Numbered from the stretch's first letter, positions 7,424 through 18,000 are shown. The stretch is DNA of 27,523 bases from Phycisphaerales bacterium (GCA_027451365.1 DAIDJN010000009.1:1-27523); one strand, 5' to 3'. Notes: generated by a model from the letters alone, not told the origin. A program made the numbers and translations.

Positions 7424-7426
7424 GCC

Positions 7427-7744
7427 ATGGATAGCACAGAGACCACACCTCGGAAAAAGCTGATTACCGAACTTGCCACGATTGTCGCTGCGCGGGAAAT
7501 CGACGAGCGGTTTATACAGATGGAATACGTCGAAGAAAAGGATGAAGTACTCGGTGAGTGGGTGGACTACTATACCGCCGATCTTCTCCGGGACAGCCGG
7601 TTCGCCAGCGAATTCAGCGATTCAGAGGTCGGTGCAATCGCGCAGCTAGCGCGCTTTATTGACGGAAATTTTGGCAAGGCGGCGGCCTGGTCCGAAGCAA
7701 GGACAAGGGCCGCGACATTACTTGAAACGCTGCGGAGCAACTGA
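7427..7744 (+). CDS. putative orphan immunity protein
   Basis: 105-aa acidic, helical ORF with ..FSDSEVGAIAQL...W...R..A..LL pattern. A GAGGTG RBS lies in the toxin tail. Confidence 0.65.
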   Translation: MDSTETTPRKKLITELATIVAAREIDERFIQMEYVEEKDEVLGEWVDYYTADLLRDSRFASEFSDSEVGAIAQLARFIDGNFGKAAAWSEARTRAATLLETLRSN

Positions 7745-7911
7745 TGTGGCCCGACCTTGCCGCAGACAACGACGCGGTAACCCAGTTGATTGGCGACTTA
7801 CGCTCAGCGGGTCTCCATGATGCCCACCATGTAATCCAGGATGCCGCGGGCTTCCGTTCGGTTCAAGGCGGACGAGACTCTGCCGGTTCATTACGTCTGC
7901 ACTTAAATTAA
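7744..7911 (+). pseudogene. orphan toxin tip fragment (HNH/SHH-like), starting at the LAAD junction
   Basis: 55-codon ORF coupled by TGATG, reading MWPDLAADNDAVTQLIGDLRSAGLHDAHHVIQDAA.... DAHHVIQDAA resembles the first His motif of HNH-type toxin tips, and the similarity appears to end near 7848. Confidence 0.55.
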
Positions 7912-8140
7912 AGAAACAGCAGGAAAAGTGGACGCAAGATTTCTAAAATTTTTAAATTCGCTAAAATGACTAAAATTGTCGCCAGTTTTCAACAAATGTA
8001 TCCGGCACCACCGCCAGTCGGTCTTTCCTGCGGCAACCAGCCCCTATGTTGCGCGTATTATTCTGTGGTAGAATTCGGATGTTGGAATTGCGGTCTCTTG
8101 GTGGCCGCAATCGATCCGGAGCCGCGAAAGGAGCTTCCTT

Positions 8141-9223
8141 ATGAGTTTGTTTGGTAAATCTGGTTGCATATTAGGCTGTGCAGGCCTGCTGCTGGCACTT
8201 ACCGGCTGTGCGCAGCCGATTGCCAATGTCGCAATTCCTTCGCCGTCGGACCGGGCCGCCTATCCGCCACAACCGTATCAGAAGCCAATGCCGGGCGAAT
8301 CAGCCGGGCCGGCTTATCCGGTGGCATCCGGTCCAACACCGGTGCAGTCCGCGTTTGTGGCGGCGTGGCAGGCACAGCGAGAGCCGCGGCTGATGGTCAT
8401 GGTACAGCCGCCCCAGCATGGCCAGACCTATACCAACATTCATGCCACGCCAGATGATTTTGACGCCATCGGCATTGACAGCATCGGTTTCCTTGCCGTC
8501 AACGGACAGGTGGACATCCAAAGCTCCGCTATGGCCAAAAAGGTGCTGAATCGCGAAAGTTTCCTGCGGCTGCAAAATGGAGACTCAGCCGTCCTTCCGT
8601 TGCTGAAGCATCAATTGAATACCGATGTCGTGGTAGAAATTAAGGCCGAACCGACGGCCCAGGCCGCCGCCGGGCCGGCGGTGCGGCTGCTGGCCGAGGC
8701 GGTTAGCACGACCGATGCCCGCATTCTGGCCACCTCATCGGTGGATATGCCACTGCCCATGACTCACAGCATGATCAAACAATGCACCGCCTATATTTCC
8801 AACCGTATCATGCAACAGTTGACCGGTGTCTGGCTGAATGGTTTTAACCCGATCACCGTGCGGATATTTCATGCCGCCGGCGTGGATGACGTGCTTAAAA
8901 TCAAGCATTTTATTCAGAAGGTCCCCGGCGTGTCACTGGTGGTGGACCGCGGCATGACCGGGTCTGACAGCACGGCTTACGGTGAACTTGCCGTACGGTA
9001 TAACGGCGCCCCGGATGATTTTTACAGCGCCCTGAAACAGGAACTCGGCGTATCCACGGGTCTAAAGGCGACGGATATTCAGAACAACACGGTGGATATG
9101 GAAATAACCGGTCCTATGATACTTCACACCACCACCATTAAAACCGTCACGAAAATCCGCACTCAGACGAACACAACCGTGAAAACCGTCAACGATAATC
9201 CGATTATGCCCGCGCCGAATTAA
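8141..9223 (+). CDS. lipoprotein of unknown function
   Basis: 360 aa, RBS AAGGAG, lipobox LTGC, Pro-rich linker. Confidence 0.8.
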   Translation: MSLFGKSGCILGCAGLLLALTGCAQPIANVAIPSPSDRAAYPPQPYQKPMPGESAGPAYPVASGPTPVQSAFVAAWQAQREPRLMVMVQPPQHGQTYTNIHATPDDFDAIGIDSIGFLAVNGQVDIQSSAMAKKVLNRESFLRLQNGDSAVLPLLKHQLNTDVVVEIKAEPTAQAAAGPAVRLLAEAVSTTDARILATSSVDMPLPMTHSMIKQCTAYISNRIMQQLTGVWLNGFNPITVRIFHAAGVDDVLKIKHFIQKVPGVSLVVDRGMTGSDSTAYGELAVRYNGAPDDFYSALKQELGVSTGLKATDIQNNTVDMEITGPMILHTTTIKTVTKIRTQTNTTVKTVNDNPIMPAPN

Positions 9224-9269
9224 ACCGGCGCATGGCTCGTAAATATTTAAATATCAGGAGGTTTACATC

Positions 9270-9689
9270 ATGGTGAAAATATTCTCCGGTAACCGTACCC
9301 CCGGCCTGTTGGTCATCGGGGCGATCGTGACCGCTCTGCTGGCCGGCTGCCAGGGGCCTGTGGTGCCCTATAAAGATTCCATGACGCGGTATCCGCAAAT
9401 TCATCTGGCCAGTTATCGCCTGGAAAATAAAATTGCCATGCAGGAACCGCTGGTCAGCCGCGTGGGGGATGGCCAACTTGATGTAGTGGTCCCCGTACGG
9501 AATTTAACCGGCGGAAATCTGTATCTGGAATATCAATATTATTTCACCAATCAGCAGGGCGGGCAGGCTCAGGAAACCTCCGGTTGGAATACATTGCGCC
9601 TGCCGGCCTATGGCATTGAACAGATTCACTTCACCAGCATGACGGCTGGTGCCGCGGATTTTGATTTAAACATCCGGCAATTGCCCTGA
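9270..9689 (+). CDS. YcfL/DUF1425-like lipoprotein
   Basis: RBS AGGAGG, lipobox LAGC, and V.VRN...LEYQYYF...G...SGW pattern. Confidence 0.7.
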   Translation: MVKIFSGNRTPGLLVIGAIVTALLAGCQGPVVPYKDSMTRYPQIHLASYRLENKIAMQEPLVSRVGDGQLDVVVPVRNLTGGNLYLEYQYYFTNQQGGQAQETSGWNTLRLPAYGIEQIHFTSMTAGAADFDLNIRQLP

Positions 9690-10016
9690 AGCAGGGAGGC
9701 GTGCGTGCGGATACGCGCATATGAACCCCCGTGCGGGGCTGGCTAATACGCCTCCAATTCAACACAAAACAGCCTTTCCCGCAAGCCGATTGACATATCC
9801 TGGCGGACAAGGCGCGTACGGGTTTTATGGCTGATTTTCGTCATCCTTGTTGATTGTGCCCCTCCGGGTTAATCTATTGGTTTTCCGTGCCGGTGCGGGG
9901 GATGTTCTTCCGTTGGGCACGACTTCGGGGCCTGTCTTAATCCGGTTGCCCCCATAAAAACCAAATGGCAGGCACCGGGGCGTTTTACGCGCATAACCGG
10001 ATTCTGGAGAGTCACA

Positions 10017-11096
10017 ATGCGAACCGATGTCAAGGTCGGTCTGGTTGCGGTGTTGGTGGTGGTCCTGCTGGTCATTACTTACTTCGCATTTTCTCACCAT
10101 TCATCCAAAAACAGTTCCGAAGGGGTGTTGCCCTCTCAGCAGCCCGGATTGATGCCGGCCACGGACAATACCTCCGGCGCCGGCGGGACCGCAGCGTCGG
10201 AGGCGGATACCAATCCAGCCTCCGCCAGTACTGCCGGAGGCACCGCATCAGCCGTGATTCCACCGGCCGGAACTCAGCCTGCGGCTGGAACGCAGGCCGC
10301 GCCGGGACTGGTGCAAGTGGCACCGGCTACCGGGCCGGCTTTAACCAGTGCCGCCGGCGACGGAACCGGGCCGGCCGGTTCCATGGCCGCCACGACCAAT
10401 TCCAGCAGCGGCGGCACGCTTGCCGACAATACAACGGCCGACAACAGCTCGGTTAACGGATCATCGAATCCATCGGACAATGGCGCCACGGGTAACGCGG
10501 GCGCAAATTCTGGCGTCGCAGTTCCGGATAATTCCAGCGGGGCAGTCAATTCCGGAACAATGCCCCCCGTTAGCGCAGGCGCATCGACCGACAATGATTC
10601 CGGCAATGCCGGAACCGGGATATCACTTGGTGGCACCAGCGGCAGGCATCGTCATCATGGCCACACGGGGCATCGCGTAACGCTGTCGTCACGTGAATAC
10701 CGGGTGCGTAAAGGCGATACATTGGCACGCATTTCTGTACATATGTACGGCAGCGCTCGCATGGTTCGCGCGCTGGAACGAGCCAACCCTGGCCTGGACC
10801 CGCGCCGGATGCGGGTCGGACAGATTATTCATCTGCCGCGGGCATCGCATGTTCAATCCGTCGCGCGCTCAGGCGGCAGGCGATATCGCAGGTCCGCAAG
10901 CCGCACTGCCGCCGGGTACACCGTGCATGGCCGCACGTATGTGGTGCGTTCCGGTGACAGCTTACGCAGTCTGGCCCGCCGGTTTTATCGCACGAGTGCG
11001 TATTGGAAACTGATTTATCGCGCAAATCGGCGGAAAATCGGGGCCAATCCGAACAACATCCGTGTTGGCGAAAAATTGGTTATTCCCGCCCACTGA
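10017..11096 (+). CDS. membrane-anchored protein with two LysM domains
   Basis: N-terminal TM helix, low-complexity linker, then YRVRKGDTLARIS...ANP and YVVRSGDSLRSLA...IYRANR...L.IP. Confidence 0.92.
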   Translation: MRTDVKVGLVAVLVVVLLVITYFAFSHHSSKNSSEGVLPSQQPGLMPATDNTSGAGGTAASEADTNPASASTAGGTASAVIPPAGTQPAAGTQAAPGLVQVAPATGPALTSAAGDGTGPAGSMAATTNSSSGGTLADNTTADNSSVNGSSNPSDNGATGNAGANSGVAVPDNSSGAVNSGTMPPVSAGASTDNDSGNAGTGISLGGTSGRHRHHGHTGHRVTLSSREYRVRKGDTLARISVHMYGSARMVRALERANPGLDPRRMRVGQIIHLPRASHVQSVARSGGRRYRRSASRTAAGYTVHGRTYVVRSGDSLRSLARRFYRTSAYWKLIYRANRRKIGANPNNIRVGEKLVIPAH

Positions 11097-11215
11097 AAAT
11101 GAGTTTGGCTGTGCAAACGCGGGCGGCCGAAGGTGCCCGCCGGTCACGTCATCAGTATGCCGCGTCCGTCGGAGCGGCACCCGATGTGATGGCGGTGAGT
11201 TAAACGGAAAAAAAC

Positions 11216-12550
11216 ATGCTGGATATGAAATTTATCCGCGAATGTCCGGACCAGGTTCGGGCCGGTGCCCGCGCCAAAAATATCCCAATTGATCTGGACG
11301 CTCTTCTGGAACTTGATTCGCGTCAGCGCGCCCTGAATCAGGAACTGCAGGAGCTTACCGCGGAACAGAACCGGCTTTCCCGCGAAATCGGCCCATTGAT
11401 GGGAAAAATAAAGGCGGAAAAAGACCCGGCAAAAAAAGCCGCGCTGGAAGCCAGCGCCGCCGAATTACGCCAGCGCCCACTGGATATTAAACATAAAGCC
11501 GCCGGCCTGGATGAACAGATAAAGCAGCTCGAGCCGCTTATTGCCGCAGAGGTTTTGAAAATTCCGCTTCCACCTGACTCGGATGTTCCAGTCGGAAAAT
11601 CTTCCGAAGATAACGTGGAACTTCGCCGCTGGGGCACCGTGCGCGAGTTTGATTTTACGCCGCAAAGCCATGTGGACCTTGGCCATCGGCTGGGGCTTTT
11701 TGATGTAGAGCGCGGTGTGAAACTGGCCGGTTCGCGCAGCTATTTTCTGGTGGGAAACGGAGCGTTGCTGCATCAGGCGGTGTTGCGACTGGCCATGGAT
11801 TTAATGGTCTTTGAAAAAGGCTTCACGCCGGTCAGCGTGCCAATTATGGTAAGGGAAGCGGCCATGCGGGGCACCGGCTTTTTTCCCGGCGGTCGCGAAC
11901 AGGCCTACCGCGTAGGTGAAGTTCACGAGATTGGGGAGGACGAACGCTTTCTTACCGGAACCGGAGAAGTTGGCCTGACCGCCTGGCGGATGGATGAAAT
12001 TCTGCCCGCCGATGAACTCCCCCTGAAACTGGTGACCCAAAGCACCTGTTTCCGCCGCGAAGCCGGCACCTATGGCAAAGACACCACTGGTTTGTACCGC
12101 ATTCATCAGTTTGACAAAGTTGAACAGGTGATTATTTGCCGGAACGACCGAGCCGAATCCATCCGGTGGCACAATGAAATTCTGGCCAACAGCGAACAGG
12201 TGCTTCAACGGTTGAAGCTGCCCTATCGCATCATGCAGTGCTGCACGGGTGATCTTGGCCCGAAAAACGCCTCCATGATGGACATCGAAACCTGGATGCC
12301 CTCGCGCAATGCCTATGGGGAAACCCATTCAGCCAGCCGTCTGTACGATTTTCAGGCCCGCCGATGCAATTTGCGCTATCGCGGTGCCGATGGCAAGGTC
12401 TATTTCTGCCACACGCTCAACAACACCGTTATTGCCAGCCCCCGCATTCTTATTCCAATATTGGAACTTTACCAGAACAAAGATGGCTCAATAACTGTGC
12501 CCGACGCCCTGGTATCATATATGGGCGGTTTGAAAACCATCAGCGCCTGA
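11216..12550 (+). CDS. serS: seryl-tRNA synthetase
   Basis: MLDMKFIR start, coiled-coil arm, GTGE, CFRREAG, GLYRIHQFDKVEQ and HTLNNT. Confidence 0.98.
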   Translation: MLDMKFIRECPDQVRAGARAKNIPIDLDALLELDSRQRALNQELQELTAEQNRLSREIGPLMGKIKAEKDPAKKAALEASAAELRQRPLDIKHKAAGLDEQIKQLEPLIAAEVLKIPLPPDSDVPVGKSSEDNVELRRWGTVREFDFTPQSHVDLGHRLGLFDVERGVKLAGSRSYFLVGNGALLHQAVLRLAMDLMVFEKGFTPVSVPIMVREAAMRGTGFFPGGREQAYRVGEVHEIGEDERFLTGTGEVGLTAWRMDEILPADELPLKLVTQSTCFRREAGTYGKDTTGLYRIHQFDKVEQVIICRNDRAESIRWHNEILANSEQVLQRLKLPYRIMQCCTGDLGPKNASMMDIETWMPSRNAYGETHSASRLYDFQARRCNLRYRGADGKVYFCHTLNNTVIASPRILIPILELYQNKDGSITVPDALVSYMGGLKTISA

Positions 12551-12711
12551 ACGCGATGGCACGGTAATGCGTGTGGGGTACCGATTTTTTCCGCATTTCT
12601 GGAACTGACTTCCGCCTTGGCGGGGGGCAGCCGAAATTCGGAATCAGAGACGCTTGGTTTGCGACAGCCGAGCGACTTGTGATGTTCCAGCAGACTCAAC
12701 CGACAGGTCTC

Positions 12712-13878
12712 ATGCAATCAGCCGATTCACAACTCGCTTCCAATTTTGGGTTTCAACTGCTGCATCAGGATACCTCATGCAGTGCCCGACTTGGCCGAGT
12801 CAATACGCCGCACGGTTCGTTTGAAACCCCAGCTTTCATGGCGGTGGGCACGCGCGGGTCGGTCAAGGGGCTGACGCCCGACATGCTTCGTGCTGCGGGC
12901 TGCGAGATTATTCTGGGCAATACCTATCATCTGCTGCTGCGGCCGGGGTCTTCCATCGTGCGCGATCTGGGCGGATTACAGGCCTTCAGCGGCTGGAACG
13001 GACCAATGTTGACCGATTCCGGCGGTTTTCAGGTGTTTTCTCTTTCAGACTTGACGGAATTTACACCGGATGGCGTCAATTTCCGCTCGCACATTGATGG
13101 TCAGATGATTCATCTGGGGCCTGTGGAATCCATGCGGGTGCAATATGAACTCGGGGCGGATATCGCCATGGCATTTGACGATTGCCCCCCGGCGGACTGC
13201 CCGCCCGACCGTTTGGCCGCCGCAATGGACCGAACCATTCGCTGGGCGGAAATATGCCGTCAGGAACATGACCGACTCGATACCGCGAACCGTCAGGCAT
13301 TATTCGGAATAGTCCAGGGTGGAACCGATGCGGCTGAGCGCCGCCGGTGTGCTGAAGAACTGTTGCGGCTGGACTTTGACGGTTACGCGCTTGGTGGCCT
13401 GGCCGTGGGAGAGGGCCACCAACGTATGGTGCAGGTCATTGACGCATCGGCACCGTTGTTGCCGGTGCACAAACCGCGCTACCTGATGGGTGTGGGTTAT
13501 CCGGCGGATATTCTGGAAGCCGTTAAACGTGGTGTGGACATGTTTGATTGTGTCTTGCCCACGCGCAATGGCCGCAATGGCGTGGCCTTCACCATGCAGG
13601 GTACCATGCGGTTGCGCAATGCCCGATATACCGCGGATCCTGTCGCCCTGGAAGCCAGCTGTGACTGCGTCTGCTGCAAAGGCTTTTCCCGCGGGTATCT
13701 GCGGCATTTGTTCACGGTGGGGGAAATGCTGGGGCCGATACTGCTTTCCATCCATAACCTCCGTTTTTTCCAGCGCTGGATGCTTTACATCCGGCAGGCA
13801 ATCAGGGACAATCGCCTGTCTGGCCTGTGCCCGCCGGAACAGGCCGACGAAATGGACACCGCGGCCGATGGAGAGTGA
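12712..13878 (+). CDS. tgt: tRNA-guanine transglycosylase
   Basis: TPAFMAVGT, NTYHL, TDSGGFQVFSL, GIVQGG, GVDMFDCVLPTRNGRNG and a CxCxxC zinc site. Start uncertain (12712 preferred). Confidence 0.97.
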   Translation: MQSADSQLASNFGFQLLHQDTSCSARLGRVNTPHGSFETPAFMAVGTRGSVKGLTPDMLRAAGCEIILGNTYHLLLRPGSSIVRDLGGLQAFSGWNGPMLTDSGGFQVFSLSDLTEFTPDGVNFRSHIDGQMIHLGPVESMRVQYELGADIAMAFDDCPPADCPPDRLAAAMDRTIRWAEICRQEHDRLDTANRQALFGIVQGGTDAAERRRCAEELLRLDFDGYALGGLAVGEGHQRMVQVIDASAPLLPVHKPRYLMGVGYPADILEAVKRGVDMFDCVLPTRNGRNGVAFTMQGTMRLRNARYTADPVALEASCDCVCCKGFSRGYLRHLFTVGEMLGPILLSIHNLRFFQRWMLYIRQAIRDNRLSGLCPPEQADEMDTAADGE

Positions 13879-14195
13879 AATTTCGGCAAGGTGCCCTGCG
13901 TTTGTGTGATCCGATGAAAAGCGGGCTATTCATGGATCAATTCCGCCCGATGGCGCGCAGGCCGGGCTGGCGACCGTTCAGGGCGCAAAAGCCGAACTGG
14001 TGGAATTCCCGCAGGCCCGGTTGGCGACATTAAGTTGCGGCGTAAGCCGGTTTTTTAAAGGTAAAGCCGCGTCGTGGCGGTCTTTATCCAGGTTGTGGTT
14101 GTTTGTAAATGTATCGGGAAAATCTGTCGGTTCTGGTTCATTCGCTTGTGTCAGGCGATATTCCCCCTTCAGAAAAACCCCAGCGGAGTTGCGTT

Positions 14196-14801
14196 ATGCG
14201 TCAAAAATCGTTCTACCTGACAACTGGCCGTTTTGCGGCGGTTGGATTATTAAGCCTCGCGGTTCACACCGCCGCATTCACCACAGCGGCGACTGCGGCC
14301 GGGACCCCGGCGGCAGCGTCAGCCGTGGCCACAACCGGCCCGGTTGCGGGGAATACGCCGATCGCCGGCTCCGGCCCCGTGGCACCCTCACCCACAGCCG
14401 CACCGGCGGCAGTTGCCGGCGGTACAGCCCCGACAGCCGCCACCGCGACAGCCACCGCGACAACTCAAGCGGGCACCGCAGCCACCCAAGCGGATACTAA
14501 TCCGCCACCGCAGGCGCCCAGTGCCTGGTCGTATGTGTTTCTGGTGGTGGCGGGCGTCGCAATTTTTTACATGCTGCTGGGCCGCCCCGCGCGGGAGGAA
14601 AAGAAACGCAAAGCCATGATTTCCGCATTAAAACGCGGTGATCGAGTGGTGACAACCAGCGGCCTTCTGGCTTCCGTGGTGGAGGTAAAAGATAACGAGG
14701 TTATTCTAAAAATTGATGAATCCGCCAATGTGAAAAGCCACTATACGCGTTCAAGTATTTTAAGCGTGATAGAAAAGGCCGATGCGTCTGACGAAAAATA
14801 A
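14196..14801 (+). CDS. yajC: preprotein translocase subunit YajC with long N-terminal extension
   Basis: C-terminal TM helix plus RP...LKRGDRVVTTSGL motif, located between tgt and secDF. RBS GGAG precedes ATG 14196. Confidence 0.9.
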   Translation: MRQKSFYLTTGRFAAVGLLSLAVHTAAFTTAATAAGTPAAASAVATTGPVAGNTPIAGSGPVAPSPTAAPAAVAGGTAPTAATATATATTQAGTAATQADTNPPPQAPSAWSYVFLVVAGVAIFYMLLGRPAREEKKRKAMISALKRGDRVVTTSGLLASVVEVKDNEVILKIDESANVKSHYTRSSILSVIEKADASDEK

Positions 14802-15085
14802 ACGTCGCACCGGCACGGCCCGTGGCTGGCCGTGCGGAAAGCAAAACCGCCTTGGCGGAACCCTTTATCGGGCGGACTATGCAATCGGCCTGTGCATTCC
14901 GGCTGGCGACGATGTCAGGCAAACCGGTTCGCCAGGCGGCGGCGATTGATTGGATCAGACCGGAATAGCCAAGCTGGCCCCACCGGCGGAACGAAGTGGC
15001 CGAACGAACCGGTTGGCGGGGCGTAATGGAAGCGAATATCTTTTGTGATCTTAATTGATCTGACCTGAATTGGAATCCTGGCAGT

Positions 15086-18000
15086 ATGAAATCAAATCTC
15101 GTCACACGGTTCATTATCATTTTTGCCGCCATCGGGTTGGCAATATTTTCCATTTCCTGCTACGGACTAAAAGGGGGTATTGATCTTTCGGGCGGCACCG
15201 ACCTGATTTATCAGTTGAATATTCCGCAGCAGTATCAGGGCGATCCCAACCAGCTCGCGCGGCAGGTTATTTCCGTGTTGCGCCGCCGCGTTGACCCCAG
15301 CAATGTGGATAACCTGGTCTGGCGGGTTCTTAGCGGCGAACGAATTGAAATACAGATGCCGCTGGCCAATGCGGCATCCCGCGCTGCTCAGGCAAAGTAT
15401 CAGGCTATTGTCGATAAATTAATGGCCAATAATATTCAACCTTCGCAGGTTCATGCCGCACTTTCGGCCAGCGGTGCCCAGCGCGTCGCGGAATTGCGGT
15501 CGATTGCCGCTGGCAACGCGGCCCGTTTTGCCGTGCTTCGTCAGCTTGCCGCGGAATTTGACACGCTGAATGCCGTCAATGCGAAAGTCGCAAAATATCC
15601 GGCCACAGCGGTTCCCACGGCACTGGTCGCACAATCGGTCGAAGCGCGGTCCATGTATGAAACGACACTGGCCACCGTTTTGAAATGGAATATCAACATC
15701 CGCCATCTGGCGAATCTGCTTTCGGTTAATGCGACGGGGAATCACCCAAAAGCCAAAAAGGCCCTGGCACAATTTATTGCTGATCACCCGGCCCGCAAAG
15801 GTCAGATTCTGGCACTTGAGCAGGCCTACACCAATCTTCAAAACCATAGTGGTGGATTAAACAACCCTGCCGAACTCGAGCGCATGTTGCGCGGTGCCGG
15901 CGTGCTGGATTTCCGCATTGCCGTCAATCCGAGCAATCCCGCAGTGCCCGAAGCGCTGAATCAACTCACCTCGCGTGGACCGCATGGCGGTTTTACGCCG
16001 CCACAGACGCGTTGGTTTCTGGTGGATCCGCAAAACGGTAAGGAACTTCTCGACGGCGGCTATGTGACCGGGTCCTGGGAGGGCCGCCACTATATTTTAC
16101 TGCATGACAATTCCGCCCAGGCACTGGTTCATGGTCAAGGCCATCAGCACTGGAAAGTCCAGCACGCTTCGCTGGAAACCGATCCGCGTAATGGCGGACT
16201 TCTGGTGGCGTTTAATCTCGACCCGGTCGGCGGGGCCTATATGCGGGCTCTTACCAGCGCCAACAAGGGCCGCGATATGGCCATTCTGCTGGATGGTAAG
16301 GCCATTACCGCACCGGTTATCAAGGGAACCATCGGCCGATCGGGGCAGATTACACTTGGTTCACCAAGTGACCGGCGTTCGGCGGCTTCAATTCAGAAGG
16401 ACGCCCACAATCTGGTTCGCATTCTTAATGCCGGTTCGTTGCCCGCCACGCTTCAATCGCAGCCAATTTCCGTTCAAACCATTGGTGCCACACTGGGGGC
16501 CGACAATTTGCGGGCCGGGTTGCGCAGTGCCATTATCGCAGTCATTGTGGTTCTGATTTTCATGTTCTGTTATTACACCATCACGGGTGCATTTGCGGAC
16601 ATGGCTCTGATCATGAACCTGATTCTGCTGCTGGGTATCATGAGCGGCATTCATGCCACCTTCACACTGCCGGGCATCGCCGGCGTGGTGCTGACGCTGG
16701 GCATGGCCGTGGATGCCAACATCCTGATCAATGAACGTATCCGCGAAGAACTGCATAAAGGGGCTTCGCTGTGGCTGGCGGTCAAGCAGGGCTATGACCG
16801 CGTTTTCTGGACCATTTTCGATGCCAATCTGACCACATCGCTGACCAGCATTGTGCTTATTTTTGTCGGCTCCGAAGATGTCAAAGGTTTCGGCGTGACA
16901 CTGCTGATTGGTCTGGCGGTGCACATGTTCACGGCCCTGTTTGTAACGCGCACCCTCATGATTGCGGCAATCCGTTGGGGCGTCATGAAGAAGATTGATG
17001 ATCTTTCTATTCAGGAGTATTTCCGCGACCTGTTTACCGGTACCTGGCTCCGCGGCCGCTGGCCGTTTATGCGCGTCTTTACGCTCACCAATTTTGACTG
17101 GATCGGCAAACGCTATTACTTCTGGACCGTTTCCGGCCTGGTCATGATTCTGGGAATTGCGGCGTTTATCGCGCGTGGCAATAAAAAATATGATACGGAA
17201 TTTAATGGCGGCACCCAGATTACCCTGCAGCTTGCGCCAGGTAAAACAATGCCGGTGGCCACAGTCCGATCGCGCATCGCCGCACTTGCCGCCAAAGATC
17301 CGCAGCTTAAGGCTTTGCGCCATGCCACGGTGTATGCCATGGGTACGAAACATAATTCCTTCACGATTATCACCAGTATTGTCAATCCATCGGACGGCAA
17401 AGCAGCCGCGACAAATGCCGTTCCGCCGGTGCAATTTTTGTCCACCGCACTGGAAGCTTCTTTTTCCGATGTCATAAAAGTGACGCGGCGGCTTCATTTT
17501 GCCGACGCGGCGACTTCCTCCAAACAAATCCAGCGTTTGCTGGACAATGGAACCGTTGCGCCCATTACGCATTCCAGCCTGCGGCAGGTTCTGCCCGGAA
17601 TGCCCAATGTGGATGTCAGCGACTTCCGCGGCGGTGTCGCTCTGGTGCTGCGCAACATCACGCCGGCGGTAAGCGCGCATGAACTGGCCAGCCGCATTCG
17701 CGCAATGAGTCAGGAGCCGGATTTTGCCGCGTTGCAATACCGGCCCTTCAAAGTGATTCCCATTCACTATGCCGCGGGCTTTTCCGCCGGCAAGCACCCG
17801 CTGGTTTCTGAAGCGGTCGTTGCCGCCGTGGACCAGAATCTGCTGTATGACCCCAACAATCTGCGGCTTGTGGCGCGGTGGAAGATGCGCGTGGCCGGGG
17901 CGCAGTGGCGCATTGTCCGCACCGCGTTGCGCACCAGCGGTGGGCTGGCCGGGGTCAACAGTTTCGCTCCGCAGGTGGCCAGCGAGGCCCGCCTGAATGC

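Noticed and set aside
1..7911. CRISPR array, integron attC array or DGR as the explanation of the repeats
   Set aside because: The repeats are long, coding and irregularly spaced, and no cas gene, integrase or reverse transcriptase is present in the window.
11541..11550. TTGCCGCAGA junction 10-mer inside serS
   Set aside because: It is ordinary IAAE coding sequence with no cassette context.
13879..14195. tRNA or ncRNA in the long intergenic regions (also 9690-10016)
   Set aside because: No cloverleaf or recognisable RNA family motif was seen.
14802..15085. Possible arrest-peptide gene upstream of secDF (ORF 14832-15026)
   Set aside because: No signal segment, RBS or RAPP-like motif; only a GCACGGCC/GGCCGTGC hairpin is evident.
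16388..17797. 469-aa minus-strand ORF and other long antisense ORFs in core genes
   Set aside because: They are shadow frames of secDF, serS, dprA and aroB in GC-rich DNA.
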